DNA of 64,000 bases from Betaproteobacteria bacterium Ga0077527 (GTDB taxonomy: Bacteria > Pseudomonadota > Gammaproteobacteria > Burkholderiales > SG8-41), in assembly GCA_001464815.1 (NCBI GenBank), contig LNDW01000023.1:15529-79528 (forward strand), given 5' to 3'. Each line of letters starts with the position of its first letter. Position 1 is the stretch's first letter. Position numbers and translations under genes: made by a program. The notes under the pieces were generated by a model. The model was not told the DNA's origin and did no database searches. It saw only the letters and a program-made list of their open reading frames with translations. Below are positions 40,498 through 49,605 of the stretch, piece by piece.

Positions 40498-41634
40498 ATG
40501 AAGCACCTGACATTGCTGCTGGCGGCCCTGCTGTTGACCGCCTGTGGTGAAAAACCGCAACCCGCGCCGGCGAAAGCGGAACGCGATCCGCTGACAGTCA
40601 GCGCCGACGCCGAACTGGCGGGGCGCATCGAAATCGCCGCGCTCGGAGTGAGCGAGGTGCGCGAGCTGCTCCGGGTGCCGGGGCGTATCGAAGCCGACGA
40701 GAACCGCATGGCGCGTATCGGTGCCCCGGTCAACGGACGTATCACCGACCTGCAGGCCACCGTCGGCCAGGATGTGCGGCGCGGCGCCGTGCTGGCGACG
40801 ATCAACAGCACCGAGTTGTCATCCTCGCAGCTCGCCTTCCTGAAGGCGCAGTCGCAGCGTGAACTGGCGGCGCGCAGTGCGGCGCGGGCAAAGCAGTTGT
40901 TCGACGCCGATGTGATCGGCGCCGCCGAACTGCAGCGCCGGCAGAGTGAACTGGTCATGGCCGAGGCTGAACTCGGCGCCACGGCCGATCAACTGAAGGT
41001 GCTCGGCATGCCCGGTGCCGCGGTGAACCGGCTTGCCGAAACCCGCAGCATCAATTCGATCTCGCAGATCGTCGCCACCGTCAGCGGCACTGTGATCGAG
41101 CGCAAGGTCACCGAGGGCCAGGTGGTGCAGCCCGCCGATCCGGTGTTCCTGGTCGCCGACCTTGCGAATCTTTGGGTGGTGGCTGATATTCCGGAGCAGA
41201 ACGCGGGGTCGATTCGTGTTGGCGAGGAAGTGGCGGTGGAAACCGCGGCGCTGCCGGGTCGCACCGTCAACGGCCGGCTGACCTTTGTCAGCCCGGTGGT
41301 AAATCCGCAGACACGCACTGTGCAGGTCCGTCTCGACCTGCCCAACCCGAAGCGTGAATACAAACCCGACATGCTGGCGAGTGTGCTGATACAGGGTAAA
41401 CCCCAACAGCGGCAGACTGTGCCCAACGATGCGGTGGTGCGTGAGGAAAACCGTGATCATCTGTTCGTGCGCACCGGTGAAAACACCTTCCGCCTGCAGC
41501 AGGTTCAGCTCGGCATCGAGTACCAGGGCCGGCGTGTGGTCGAGAGCGGCCTGCGCGAGGGTGCGATGGTGGTGGTGAGCGGCGCCTTTCATCTCAACAA
41601 CGAACGCAAGCGCCAGGCGCTCGGAGCGCAATAA
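40498..41634 (+). CDS. RND efflux periplasmic adaptor (CzcB/CusB-like)
   Basis: Lipoprotein signal MKHLTLLLAALLLTACG; HlyD-type barrel-sandwich and beta-barrel regions. Confidence 0.88.
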   Translation: MKHLTLLLAALLLTACGEKPQPAPAKAERDPLTVSADAELAGRIEIAALGVSEVRELLRVPGRIEADENRMARIGAPVNGRITDLQATVGQDVRRGAVLATINSTELSSSQLAFLKAQSQRELAARSAARAKQLFDADVIGAAELQRRQSELVMAEAELGATADQLKVLGMPGAAVNRLAETRSINSISQIVATVSGTVIERKVTEGQVVQPADPVFLVADLANLWVVADIPEQNAGSIRVGEEVAVETAALPGRTVNGRLTFVSPVVNPQTRTVQVRLDLPNPKREYKPDMLASVLIQGKPQQRQTVPNDAVVREENRDHLFVRTGENTFRLQQVQLGIEYQGRRVVESGLREGAMVVVSGAFHLNNERKRQALGAQ

Positions 41635-41637
41635 GCC

Positions 41638-44600
41638 ATGGACGGATTGTTGCGTGCCGCCATCACCCAGCGGCTGATCGTTGTCGTGATCGCCGCGGTG
41701 CTGTTTGTGTTTGGCGTCAACGCCGCACGCAATCTTTCGGTCGACGCCTTCCCCGACGTCACCAATGTGCAGGTGCAGATCGCCTCCGAGGCGCCGGGCC
41801 GCTCGCCGGAGGAGGTTGAGCGCTTTGTCACGGTGCCGGTGGAGATCGCGATGACCGGCCTGCCGGGGCTGACCGAGATGCGCTCGCTGAACCGGCCCGG
41901 GCTGTCGCTGATCACGCTGGTGTTCACCGATGAAACCGACGTTTATTTCGCGCGCCAACTGGTGCTTGAACGGTTGATCGAAGCCGGAGGACGCCTGCCC
42001 GCCGGTGTGACGCCGGTGCTCGGCCCGGTATCGACCGCGCTGGGCGAGGTTTACCAGTACACGCTGGAGCGGCCGGATGACGGCCAGCGCGAGCTGACCA
42101 GGGAGGAGCTGATCGAGCGGCGCATCGCGCAGGACTGGGTGGTGCGCCCGCTGTTGCGTTCAATTTCCGGCGTGGCCGAGATCAATTCCACCGGCGGCTA
42201 CGTTCGTCAGTACCAGGCGCTGGTCGACCCCGACCGCCTGCGTTACTACAAGGTGACGATCCAGGACGTGTGGCAGGCTTTGGCGCGCAACAACGCCAAC
42301 GCCGGCGGCGGCATACTGCCGCAGGGACCCGAGCAGTTTCTGGTGCGTGGTGTCGGCCTGGTCAAGGACCTCGACGACATCCGCAACATCGTGTTGAAGG
42401 AAGTCGGCAACACGCCGGTGTTCATCCGCGATGTCGCCGAGGTGACTTTCGGCGAGGAGGTGCGCCACGGCGCGATGATCAAGGGCAGCCATACCGAGGC
42501 GGTCGGCGGCGTGGTGATGATGATCCGTGCCGGCAACGCCAAGGAGGTGGTGTCGCGGATCAAGACCAGGGTCGAGGAGATCAACAGCAAGGGCATGCTG
42601 CCCGGCGGGCTGCAGATCGTGCCCTACTATGACCGCTCCGAACTGGTTGATGCTGCGCTGTGGACGGTGACCAAGGTGCTGCTTGAGGGCGTGCTGTTCG
42701 TGGTCATTGTGCTGTTCCTGTTCCTGGGTGATCTGCGCTCCAGCGTGATCGTGGTGGCAACGCTGCTGATCACGCCGCTGGCCACCTTCATGGTGATGAA
42801 TCACTACGGCCTGTCGGCCAACCTGATGTCGCTTGGCGGGCTGGCCATCGCCATCGGCCTGATGGTGGACGGCTCGGTGGTTGTGGTCGAGAACACCTAC
42901 GCCCGGCTCGGTCATGCCGACCCCAGGGAGCGCCTGCGCACCGTGCTGCTGGCGGTGAAGGAAGTGGCGACCCCGGTGATTTTCGGCATCGGCGTGATCA
43001 TCCTGGTGTTCCTGCCGCTGATGACTCTGGAGGGCATGGAGGGCAAGATGTTCGCGCCGCTCGCCTATACCATCGCCATCGCGCTGTTCATCTCGCTGGT
43101 GCTGTCGCTGACGCTGACCCCTGCGCTGTGTTCGTACATGCTCAAGGGCGGCGCCGAGCATGACACCTGGTTCATAGCGAAGATCAAGGCGCCCTATGTG
43201 CGCGGCCTTCACTGGGCGCTAGGCAACGAGCGCAAGACCATACTCGGCACCCTGGCTGCCCTGGCTGGCGCATTGCTGCTGCTGCCCTTTCTCGGCACCG
43301 CCTTCATCCCGGAGATGAGGGAGGGTTCAATTTCACCGGCGATTGATCGCGTGCCGAACATTTCACTTGAAGAGTCGATCAAGATGGAACGCGAGGCGAT
43401 GCGCCGGGTGCTCGAGGTGCCGGGAGTGCAGATGGCCGTGTCACGCATCGGCCGCGGCGAGTCCGCCGCCGATCCCGCCGGCCCCAACGAAGCTGATCCC
43501 ATTGTCACGCTGAAGCCCCGCGACCAGTGGCCCGAGGGCTGGACCCAGGACAACATCGCCGCGGCGATCCGCGACAAGCTGAAGACCATACCCGGTGTGC
43601 AACTGGTGATGGCGCAGCCGATTTCAGACCGCGTCGATGAAATGGTGACCGGCGTGCGCTCCGATGTCGCGGTCAAGCTGTTCGGCGACGACCTCGACCA
43701 GCTGCGGCTGACGGCGAACGAGATCGCGGCGGTGGCCGCCACCGTACGCGGCGTGCGTGATATGCGCGTCGAGCGCACCGGTGGCCAGCAGTACTTGACC
43801 CTCACCATCGACCGCAAGGCAATAGCGCGGCAGGGGCTCAATGTCTCCGATGTACAGGATGTGATTGAAATGGCGATCGGCGGCAAGGTCGCCACCGAGA
43901 TTTACGAGGGCGAGCGCCGCTTCCAGGCGGTGGTGCGCCTGCCCCAGCAATTCCGCAACGACCTCAACGATATCCGTTCGCTGATGCTGACCGCCCCCAA
44001 CGGAGCGCAGATCGCGCTGGAAAGCCTGACGAAGATCGAGGTCACCGAAGGCCCGTCGCAGATCAGCCGCGAAATGGGAAAACGCCGCATCGTGGTCGGC
44101 ATCAACGTGCAGGACCGTGACCTTGGCGGTTTTGTCGCCGAGCTGCAGCAGGCGGTGGACGGCCGCGTCAAGCTGCCTGAGGGTTATTACCTGGAGTGGG
44201 GCGGGCAATTTCAGAATCTCGAGCGCGCGCTGGGCCATCTGCTGGTGATCATCCCGGTGACCATTGCTGCGATCTTTTTCCTGCTGTTCCTGCTCTTCAA
44301 CTCGCTCAGGTTCGCTGCGCTGATCATCACCGTGCTGCCTTTCGCCTCGATCGGCGGCATCATCGGTCTCGCGGTGTCCGGCGAGTTCCTGTCGGTTCCG
44401 GCCTCGGTTGGATTCATCGCGCTGTGGGGCATTGCGACATTGAACGGCGTGGTGCTGGTGACCTATATCCGCAAGCTGCGCGACGAGGGCATGGCTGTCG
44501 CCGATGCGGTGCGCGAGGGCGCCCTCGCCCGGTTCAGGCCGGTGATGATGACGGCGACGGTGGCGATGCTGGGTCTGATCCCCTTCCTGTTTTCCACCGG

Positions 44601-44730
44601 CCCCGGTTCCGAAGTGCAGCGGCCGCTGGCGATCGTGGTGATCGGCGGTCTGATCACCTGTACGGTGCTGACGTTGATCGTGGTGCCGGTGCTGTATCGC
44701 TTCTTCGAAGAGGAGAGGGTTGAGGCATGA
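41638..44730 (+). CDS. Heavy-metal-efflux RND permease (CusA/CzcA family)
   Basis: 1030 aa, 12-TM RND architecture. The TM4 motif AIAIGLMVDGSVVVVEN is of HME type, closer to the CusA pattern AIAVGAMVDAAIVMIEN as I recall it. Confidence 0.9.
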   Translation: MDGLLRAAITQRLIVVVIAAVLFVFGVNAARNLSVDAFPDVTNVQVQIASEAPGRSPEEVERFVTVPVEIAMTGLPGLTEMRSLNRPGLSLITLVFTDETDVYFARQLVLERLIEAGGRLPAGVTPVLGPVSTALGEVYQYTLERPDDGQRELTREELIERRIAQDWVVRPLLRSISGVAEINSTGGYVRQYQALVDPDRLRYYKVTIQDVWQALARNNANAGGGILPQGPEQFLVRGVGLVKDLDDIRNIVLKEVGNTPVFIRDVAEVTFGEEVRHGAMIKGSHTEAVGGVVMMIRAGNAKEVVSRIKTRVEEINSKGMLPGGLQIVPYYDRSELVDAALWTVTKVLLEGVLFVVIVLFLFLGDLRSSVIVVATLLITPLATFMVMNHYGLSANLMSLGGLAIAIGLMVDGSVVVVENTYARLGHADPRERLRTVLLAVKEVATPVIFGIGVIILVFLPLMTLEGMEGKMFAPLAYTIAIALFISLVLSLTLTPALCSYMLKGGAEHDTWFIAKIKAPYVRGLHWALGNERKTILGTLAALAGALLLLPFLGTAFIPEMREGSISPAIDRVPNISLEESIKMEREAMRRVLEVPGVQMAVSRIGRGESAADPAGPNEADPIVTLKPRDQWPEGWTQDNIAAAIRDKLKTIPGVQLVMAQPISDRVDEMVTGVRSDVAVKLFGDDLDQLRLTANEIAAVAATVRGVRDMRVERTGGQQYLTLTIDRKAIARQGLNVSDVQDVIEMAIGGKVATEIYEGERRFQAVVRLPQQFRNDLNDIRSLMLTAPNGAQIALESLTKIEVTEGPSQISREMGKRRIVVGINVQDRDLGGFVAELQQAVDGRVKLPEGYYLEWGGQFQNLERALGHLLVIIPVTIAAIFFLLFLLFNSLRFAALIITVLPFASIGGIIGLAVSGEFLSVPASVGFIALWGIATLNGVVLVTYIRKLRDEGMAVADAVREGALARFRPVMMTATVAMLGLIPFLFSTGPGSEVQRPLAIVVIGGLITCTVLTLIVVPVLYRFFEEERVEA

Positions 44731-45062
44731 AAGAGATCAAGGCGGTGATCCAGCCGTCACGGCTGGAGGTTCTGCGTCAGGCATTCCGCAAAATCCCCGA
44801 CTTTCCGGGCATGACCGTGTCACGCGCGCAGGGTTCGGGTTACCACCCTGACAAGCTGCAGCGGCCGGGCATCCGCGCCGAGTTGACCGATTATTCCGAA
44901 AAGGTGCGGATCGAGATCATCGCCCGCGACGAGGAGTTGTCGGGTCTGCTGGAGATCATCCACAAGGCCTGCCACACCGGCCGCCCTGGCGATGGCGTAC
45001 TGTGGGTGACTGAAGTGGCGGAGTTCAGGCGCATGCGCGTCGTCCCCGGCGAGGCCGCCTGA
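44727..45062 (+). CDS. PII-like signal protein coupled to the RND pump
   Basis: 111 aa, collinear with GlnB (MKEIKAVIQP..., B-loop TGRPGDGVLW) but with a divergent T-loop lacking the YRGAEY uridylylation context. Its ATG overlaps the czcA-like stop (ATGA). Confidence 0.8.
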   Translation: MKEIKAVIQPSRLEVLRQAFRKIPDFPGMTVSRAQGSGYHPDKLQRPGIRAELTDYSEKVRIEIIARDEELSGLLEIIHKACHTGRPGDGVLWVTEVAEFRRMRVVPGEAA

Positions 45063-45089
45063 TTTCAATCGCGCGGGGTTTGCGCCGGT

Positions 45090-46067
45090 TCAGAAATCAG
45101 GCTTGATGTTGTATTCCTTGACCGCCTTGCTCCAGCGCACGATTTCGGCGCGCATGAATTTGTCGAACTCTGCCGGCGTGGTGGGCACCGGATCGTAACC
45201 GCGTTCGCGCAGCAGCTTGCCGGTTTCGCCCTTGAGCACGGTGGTCACCGCCTTGTTCAGGGTGGCCACGGCCTCCTTCGGCATTTTCACCGGACCCATC
45301 AGGCCGTACCAGCCCGAAATCGCGAAGCCCTTGTAGCCCGATTCGGCCAGCGTCGGCACGTCGGGCAATTGCGCGGCGCGGGCATTGGTGGTCACCGCCA
45401 GCGCGCGCAGCTTGCCGGCCTTGATCTGCGGGATCGCCGCGCCTGGGCCGGAGAACAGCGTCTGCACTTCGCCGCCGACTGCTGCCGCGACCGAGGGGCC
45501 CGAGCCGCGGTAGGGGATGTGTGTCAGCTTGACCTTTGCGGTCTGGAAAAATGCCTCCTGCGCGATGTGTGCGGTGACGTTGCCGGAGCCGAAGTTCATC
45601 GAATTCGGTTTGGCCAGCGCGAGCTTGATGAAATCGGCCAGCGTCTTCACCGGTACGCTCGGGTGCACGGTCATGATGTACGGCTGTTCAATCGTCTGGC
45701 TGATCCCGGCAAAGTCCTTGGACACGTCAAAGGGCAGCTTGGGGATCAGCGCCGGCGCCACCGCGGTGGCGCCGATTTCTGCGACGACAATGGTATAGCC
45801 GTCAGGGTTGGCGTCGGCGGCGATCGCGGTGCCGAGGGTGCCTTGGGCGCCGCCGCGGTTGTCGATCAGGATTTGCTGGCCGAGTTCGGCGGACAGCGCC
45901 GGCTGCATGATGCGCGACACCAAGTCAGTGCCGCCGCCGGGCGGGAAGGGCACCACCAGGCGGATCGGTTTGTTCGGATAGCCGGCGGTCTGGGCAAATG
46001 CCGGCGCGCTCAGCGCAAGGCAGGCGGTTATGGGGAACAGTGCGGGCAACAGTGCGAGACGGCTCAT
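45090..46067 (-). CDS. Bug-family tripartite tricarboxylate transporter substrate-binding protein
   Basis: 325 aa with a signal peptide and the YPNKPIRLVVPFPPGGGTD motif. Confidence 0.9.
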   Translation of the reverse strand: MSRLALLPALFPITACLALSAPAFAQTAGYPNKPIRLVVPFPPGGGTDLVSRIMQPALSAELGQQILIDNRGGAQGTLGTAIAADANPDGYTIVVAEIGATAVAPALIPKLPFDVSKDFAGISQTIEQPYIMTVHPSVPVKTLADFIKLALAKPNSMNFGSGNVTAHIAQEAFFQTAKVKLTHIPYRGSGPSVAAAVGGEVQTLFSGPGAAIPQIKAGKLRALAVTTNARAAQLPDVPTLAESGYKGFAISGWYGLMGPVKMPKEAVATLNKAVTTVLKGETGKLLRERGYDPVPTTPAEFDKFMRAEIVRWSKAVKEYNIKPDF

Positions 46068-46192
46068 TCGGGGACTCCTCGGTCAACTGATATGGGGTGT
46101 GTTGCTGGAATCGGGGGTACTTCTGACGGGCATGAAGTTAACATGACTTGGGCCCAGGCTAAAGTCTCTTACGGTATTGCCTTGAAATTAAA

Positions 46193-46216
46193 GTGCAATA
46201 AAAACAATAGGTTATG
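46193..46216 (-). repeat. AT-rich element, family member H
   Basis: The minus strand reads CATAACCTATTGTTTTTATTGCAC, sharing CATAAC-N-TATTGTTT with members C and E. Confidence 0.45.
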
Positions 46217-46250
46217 TTTGTCGCAAGCGCTCCCGGATTCTAAAACCAGC

Positions 46251-46279
46251 TTGTCAAAATAAATTTGCCATGCTAACTT
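46251..46279 (+). promoter_or_regulatory. Candidate sigma-70 promoter
   Basis: TTGTCA, 17 nt, TAACTT, about 45 nt upstream of the ATG at 46326. Confidence 0.35.
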
Positions 46280-46325
46280 TCACGTCTTTCCATCACCAAC
46301 CGCTGCGCCCTGCGATCACCCTGAC

Positions 46326-46595
46326 ATGAACTGCGCAACACGCCTTGTGGAAATCTTCGGCAGCCAGGCCGAAGTGGCGCGCCGTTTCCGGCTAGACCGC
46401 GCGGTGGTCAACCACTGGGTGAAGTCCGGTTATGTGCCGGCACGCTGGGCGATGGAAGTCGAACAGGTCACCGGCGGAGAAGTCGCAGCCGTCGAAGTGC
46501 TTAATGAAGCCACCTCGCGCAAGCCGCTGAAGCTGAAGTCGCGGCCCGACGGGGAGAATTTTTTTGCCAATGCCCAACCCGGGAGTGAATACACC
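46326..46595 (+). other. In-frame upstream coding segment with a YdaS/Cro-like HTH
   Basis: FGSQAEVARRFRLDRAVVNHWVKSGYVPARWAMEVEQVTGGEV is collinear with E. coli YdaS (GGQSAMARLLGVSPPSVNQWIKG..PAERCPAIERATRGEV). There is no stop codon before the aminotransferase and no obvious SD at 46326. Confidence 0.5.
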
Positions 46596-47849
46596 ATGGA
46601 CAAATACGCACCGAGCAAACGCATCAGTTCCTTCCACCCGCCGCAGCGTACGCTGATGGGCCCCGGACCGACGGAAATTCATCCGCGCGTGCTGACCACA
46701 ATGAGCCAGCCGGCGATCGGCTACCTCGATCCCGTCTTCGTCGAGATGATGGAAGAGCTGAAAGCCCTGCTGCGCTACACCTACCAGACCAGGAATCCGC
46801 TGACCTTCCCGGTCTCCGGTCCCGGCTCGGTGGGCATGGAATACTGTTTCGTCAACATGGTCGCGCCTGGTGACAAGGTCATCGTCTGCCGCAACGGGGT
46901 GTTCGGCGGCCGCATGATCGAGAACGTCGAGCGTGCCGGCGGTGTGCCGGTGGTGGTCGAGCACGAGTGGGGCGAGCCTGTCGATCCGCAGAAACTCGAG
47001 GACGCGCTGAAAAAGAATCCCGATGTGCGCGTGGTCGCCTTTGTCCACGCCGAGACCTCGACTGGTGTGTTGTCGGATGCCAAGACCCTGGTCGAGATCG
47101 CGCACAAGTATGACGCGCTGACCATCGTTGATGCCGTCACCTCGCTCGGCGGCTCCCCGGTGCTGGTCGATGAATGGAAAATCGATGCCGCTTACTCGGC
47201 CAGCCAGAAATGCCTGTCGTGCACTCCGGGCCTGTCGCCGGTGACCTTCTCCGAGCGTGTGGTTGACAGAGTCGCGGCACGCAAGGACAAGATCCACTCC
47301 TGGTTCATGGACATGAACCTGTTGCGCGGCTATTGGGGCGAGACCACCCGCACCTATCACCACACCGCGCCGACCAACTCGCTGTTCGCGCTGCACGAAG
47401 CGCTGCTGCTGATCCGCGAGGAAGGCCTGGAGAACGCCTGGGCGCGCGTCACCCGCCACCACACCGCGCTGAAGGCCGGCCTCGAAGCAATGGGCCTGAA
47501 GTTCCTGGTCAAGGAACCGTACCAGATTCCGCAGATGAACGCGGTGCGCTGCCCCGAGGGTGTCAACGAAGCCGAAGTGCGCAAGACGCTGCTCAACGAA
47601 TTCGGCCTCGAGATCGGCGCCGGCCTGGGCCCCCTCGCCGGCAAGATCTGGCGCTTCGGCCTGATGGGCTACTCCTGCCGGCCCGACAACGTGATGCTCT
47701 GCCTGTCGGCGCTGGGTTCGGTGCTCGAAGACATGGGTTACCCGGTGCACGTTGGTGATGCCGAAGGTGCCGCACACGCCGCCTACGCCTCGATGCACGC
47801 CAAGGCTGCGCAGGCAAAGAAAAAAACCGCTCCCGCCAAAGCCGCATAA
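46596..47849 (+). CDS. Class-V aminotransferase (serine-glyoxylate / alanine-glyoxylate type)
   Basis: 417 aa from MDKYAPSKR (GGGAG 10 nt upstream). AGT-family similarity throughout (LMGPGPTE, SQKCL PLP-lysine region) plus a Lys/Ala-rich C-terminal tail. Confidence 0.85.
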   Translation: MDKYAPSKRISSFHPPQRTLMGPGPTEIHPRVLTTMSQPAIGYLDPVFVEMMEELKALLRYTYQTRNPLTFPVSGPGSVGMEYCFVNMVAPGDKVIVCRNGVFGGRMIENVERAGGVPVVVEHEWGEPVDPQKLEDALKKNPDVRVVAFVHAETSTGVLSDAKTLVEIAHKYDALTIVDAVTSLGGSPVLVDEWKIDAAYSASQKCLSCTPGLSPVTFSERVVDRVAARKDKIHSWFMDMNLLRGYWGETTRTYHHTAPTNSLFALHEALLLIREEGLENAWARVTRHHTALKAGLEAMGLKFLVKEPYQIPQMNAVRCPEGVNEAEVRKTLLNEFGLEIGAGLGPLAGKIWRFGLMGYSCRPDNVMLCLSALGSVLEDMGYPVHVGDAEGAAHAAYASMHAKAAQAKKKTAPAKAA

Positions 47850-47901
47850 ATAGCGGGAGTGCCGCGCCGCAGATCCGGCGCGAAGAATTCCTCGGAGGAG
47901 G

Positions 47902-48282
47902 TCAGGCCGGCCGCGGTTTGTGGCCGGCCGTTTTTTTGGGTGTGGACTTCGCGGTGCGGGCACGCAGCGCCGCATCCAGCGCCAGCCGCGCCCAGGGCCG
48001 CATCAACTGTGGCGTATCGAGCGCTTCATCGGGCGCGCGCCAAAAGCTCATCGCCATCGACTTGCCCTGTTTGACGTAGATGAAGGGTGCGCTGCCGGCG
48101 CGCTCGAAGCGGATGCGGGTTTCAGCGTCGGCTTTCAGATACAACTCATCGTCTGCGATGATCGCGATGAACAGCCCGTCGAGATAGACGCCGTGGCCGC
48201 CGAACATACGTTTCGCTTCAGCATGGCCCGGGCTGGCGAGCAGTTCCAGCACATGCTCTACGAATCCGCCGGCTGCGGCCAT
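47902..48282 (-). CDS. TfoX N-terminal-domain protein
   Basis: 126 aa from MAAAGGFVEHV with a KRMFGGHGVY motif. Its ATG overlaps the mgtE stop (ATGA). Confidence 0.75.
   Translation of the reverse strand: MAAAGGFVEHVLELLASPGHAEAKRMFGGHGVYLDGLFIAIIADDELYLKADAETRIRFERAGSAPFIYVKQGKSMAMSFWRAPDEALDTPQLMRPWARLALDAALRARTAKSTPKKTAGHKPRPA
47905..47937 (+). terminator. Rho-independent terminator after the aminotransferase
   Basis: GGCCGGCC-N9-GGCCGGCC followed by T7; embedded in the 3' end of the convergent tfoX-like gene. Confidence 0.7.
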
Positions 48283-49517
48283 CAGAGCACAAGTACCGTC
48301 GCCAGTCCCAGCAGCAGGCCCATGCTCACCACATCGGTGGCGGTGGTCAGGAATATGCTTGATGCGGTGGCGGGATCGAAACCGAAGCGCTTCAGTGTCA
48401 GTGGCACCATCGCGCCACAGATGCCGCTGGCGACACAACTGCCGACCAGGGCGATCCACACCACGATGGCCAGCATCAGCGCATCCGGATTGCTTTGGTA
48501 GCTGGCGACGATGTACATGCCGAGCGCGGCGACGATGCCGGTGAAGGCGCCGTTCAGCGCGCCCAGCGAGGCCTCCTTGACCACCAGCGCACGTTCTGCG
48601 CCGGCCTTCAGCTCGCCCAGCGTCATGCCGCGCAGCGTCACCGCCAGCGCCTGGCAGCCGGTGTTGCCGGACTGCCCGGCAAGAATCGGCAGAAACAGCG
48701 CGAGGATCACCAGCCGGTCGACGGTATCCTGGAAAATCGCCACCACCGCGCCGGCGACAAAGGCTGTGGCGAGGTTGATCTGCAGCCAGGGGTGGCGAAA
48801 CCTGAAGCTGCCCGGCAGCGGCGTGGCGAGGCGTTCCTCCTTTTCGACGCCGACCATGCTGCCGACCTGGGCGGTGATCTCGAAGGCCTGTTCCTCGAAC
48901 AGTGTCTGGCCGCGTATCAGGCCGAGCAGGCGGCCTTCGTCGTCACAAACCGGATATACGGGGTAATGACGGTCGAGCACCAGCTTCATCGCATCGGCCA
49001 GTCCCAGCTCCGGCTGCAGCGTGAATACATCGCGGTGCATCACCGCGTCGAGCGTGACATCATCATCGGCGAACAGCAGGTCGCGCATGGTGATGATGCC
49101 GAGCAGGCGGCCGGAGTCGTCGGTGACATAACCGTAGGTGATGAAGGCGCTGCGCACCATCGGACGTAGTTGTTCGATAGTGTCGCGCACGCGGGTGCCG
49201 GGGCGGAACACCGCCAGCGGCGGCACCATCATGCGGCCGATGCTGCCCTGCGCGCAGCTCTGGTTCAGCCGCCACTGGGCGGCCACTTCCGCCGGAGCCG
49301 CGTGCATCACCGCATCGACCAGTCCGCCGGGCAGCTCGATCAGGATGTCCTGGGTCAGCGCCGGGGCCAGGTCCTGCAGCACCGCGGCGATGATCGCCGC
49401 CGGATGCCCGGCGAGCAGTGCGGCGGCCTCGCCGGGTGAACGCGCCTTGGCCGCGGCGACGATGTCGTGATGCGATTCCGGGCCCGGGCCGGCCGCGGGT
49501 TGTTGTGCTGGTGGCAT
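48282..49517 (-). CDS. mgtE: Magnesium transporter MgtE
   Basis: 411 aa: MgtE N-domain, tandem CBS domains, 5-TM channel domain (GNTGCQALAVTLRG). Confidence 0.9.
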   Translation of the reverse strand: MPPAQQPAAGPGPESHHDIVAAAKARSPGEAAALLAGHPAAIIAAVLQDLAPALTQDILIELPGGLVDAVMHAAPAEVAAQWRLNQSCAQGSIGRMMVPPLAVFRPGTRVRDTIEQLRPMVRSAFITYGYVTDDSGRLLGIITMRDLLFADDDVTLDAVMHRDVFTLQPELGLADAMKLVLDRHYPVYPVCDDEGRLLGLIRGQTLFEEQAFEITAQVGSMVGVEKEERLATPLPGSFRFRHPWLQINLATAFVAGAVVAIFQDTVDRLVILALFLPILAGQSGNTGCQALAVTLRGMTLGELKAGAERALVVKEASLGALNGAFTGIVAALGMYIVASYQSNPDALMLAIVVWIALVGSCVASGICGAMVPLTLKRFGFDPATASSIFLTTATDVVSMGLLLGLATVLVL

Positions 49518-49605
49518 GAAAACTCCCCTGAACGCTGTTGTTGCAGCGTGCGAAATTCAGCGGAGTATATCGAGCCGGGACTGGCGCCGCGCGGGCGCCG
49601 TCCGC

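Noticed and set aside
49518-49605. Mg2+-sensing M-box riboswitch upstream of mgtE
   Set aside because: The spacer is only 88 nt, far shorter than an M-box, and I recognised none of its conserved elements.
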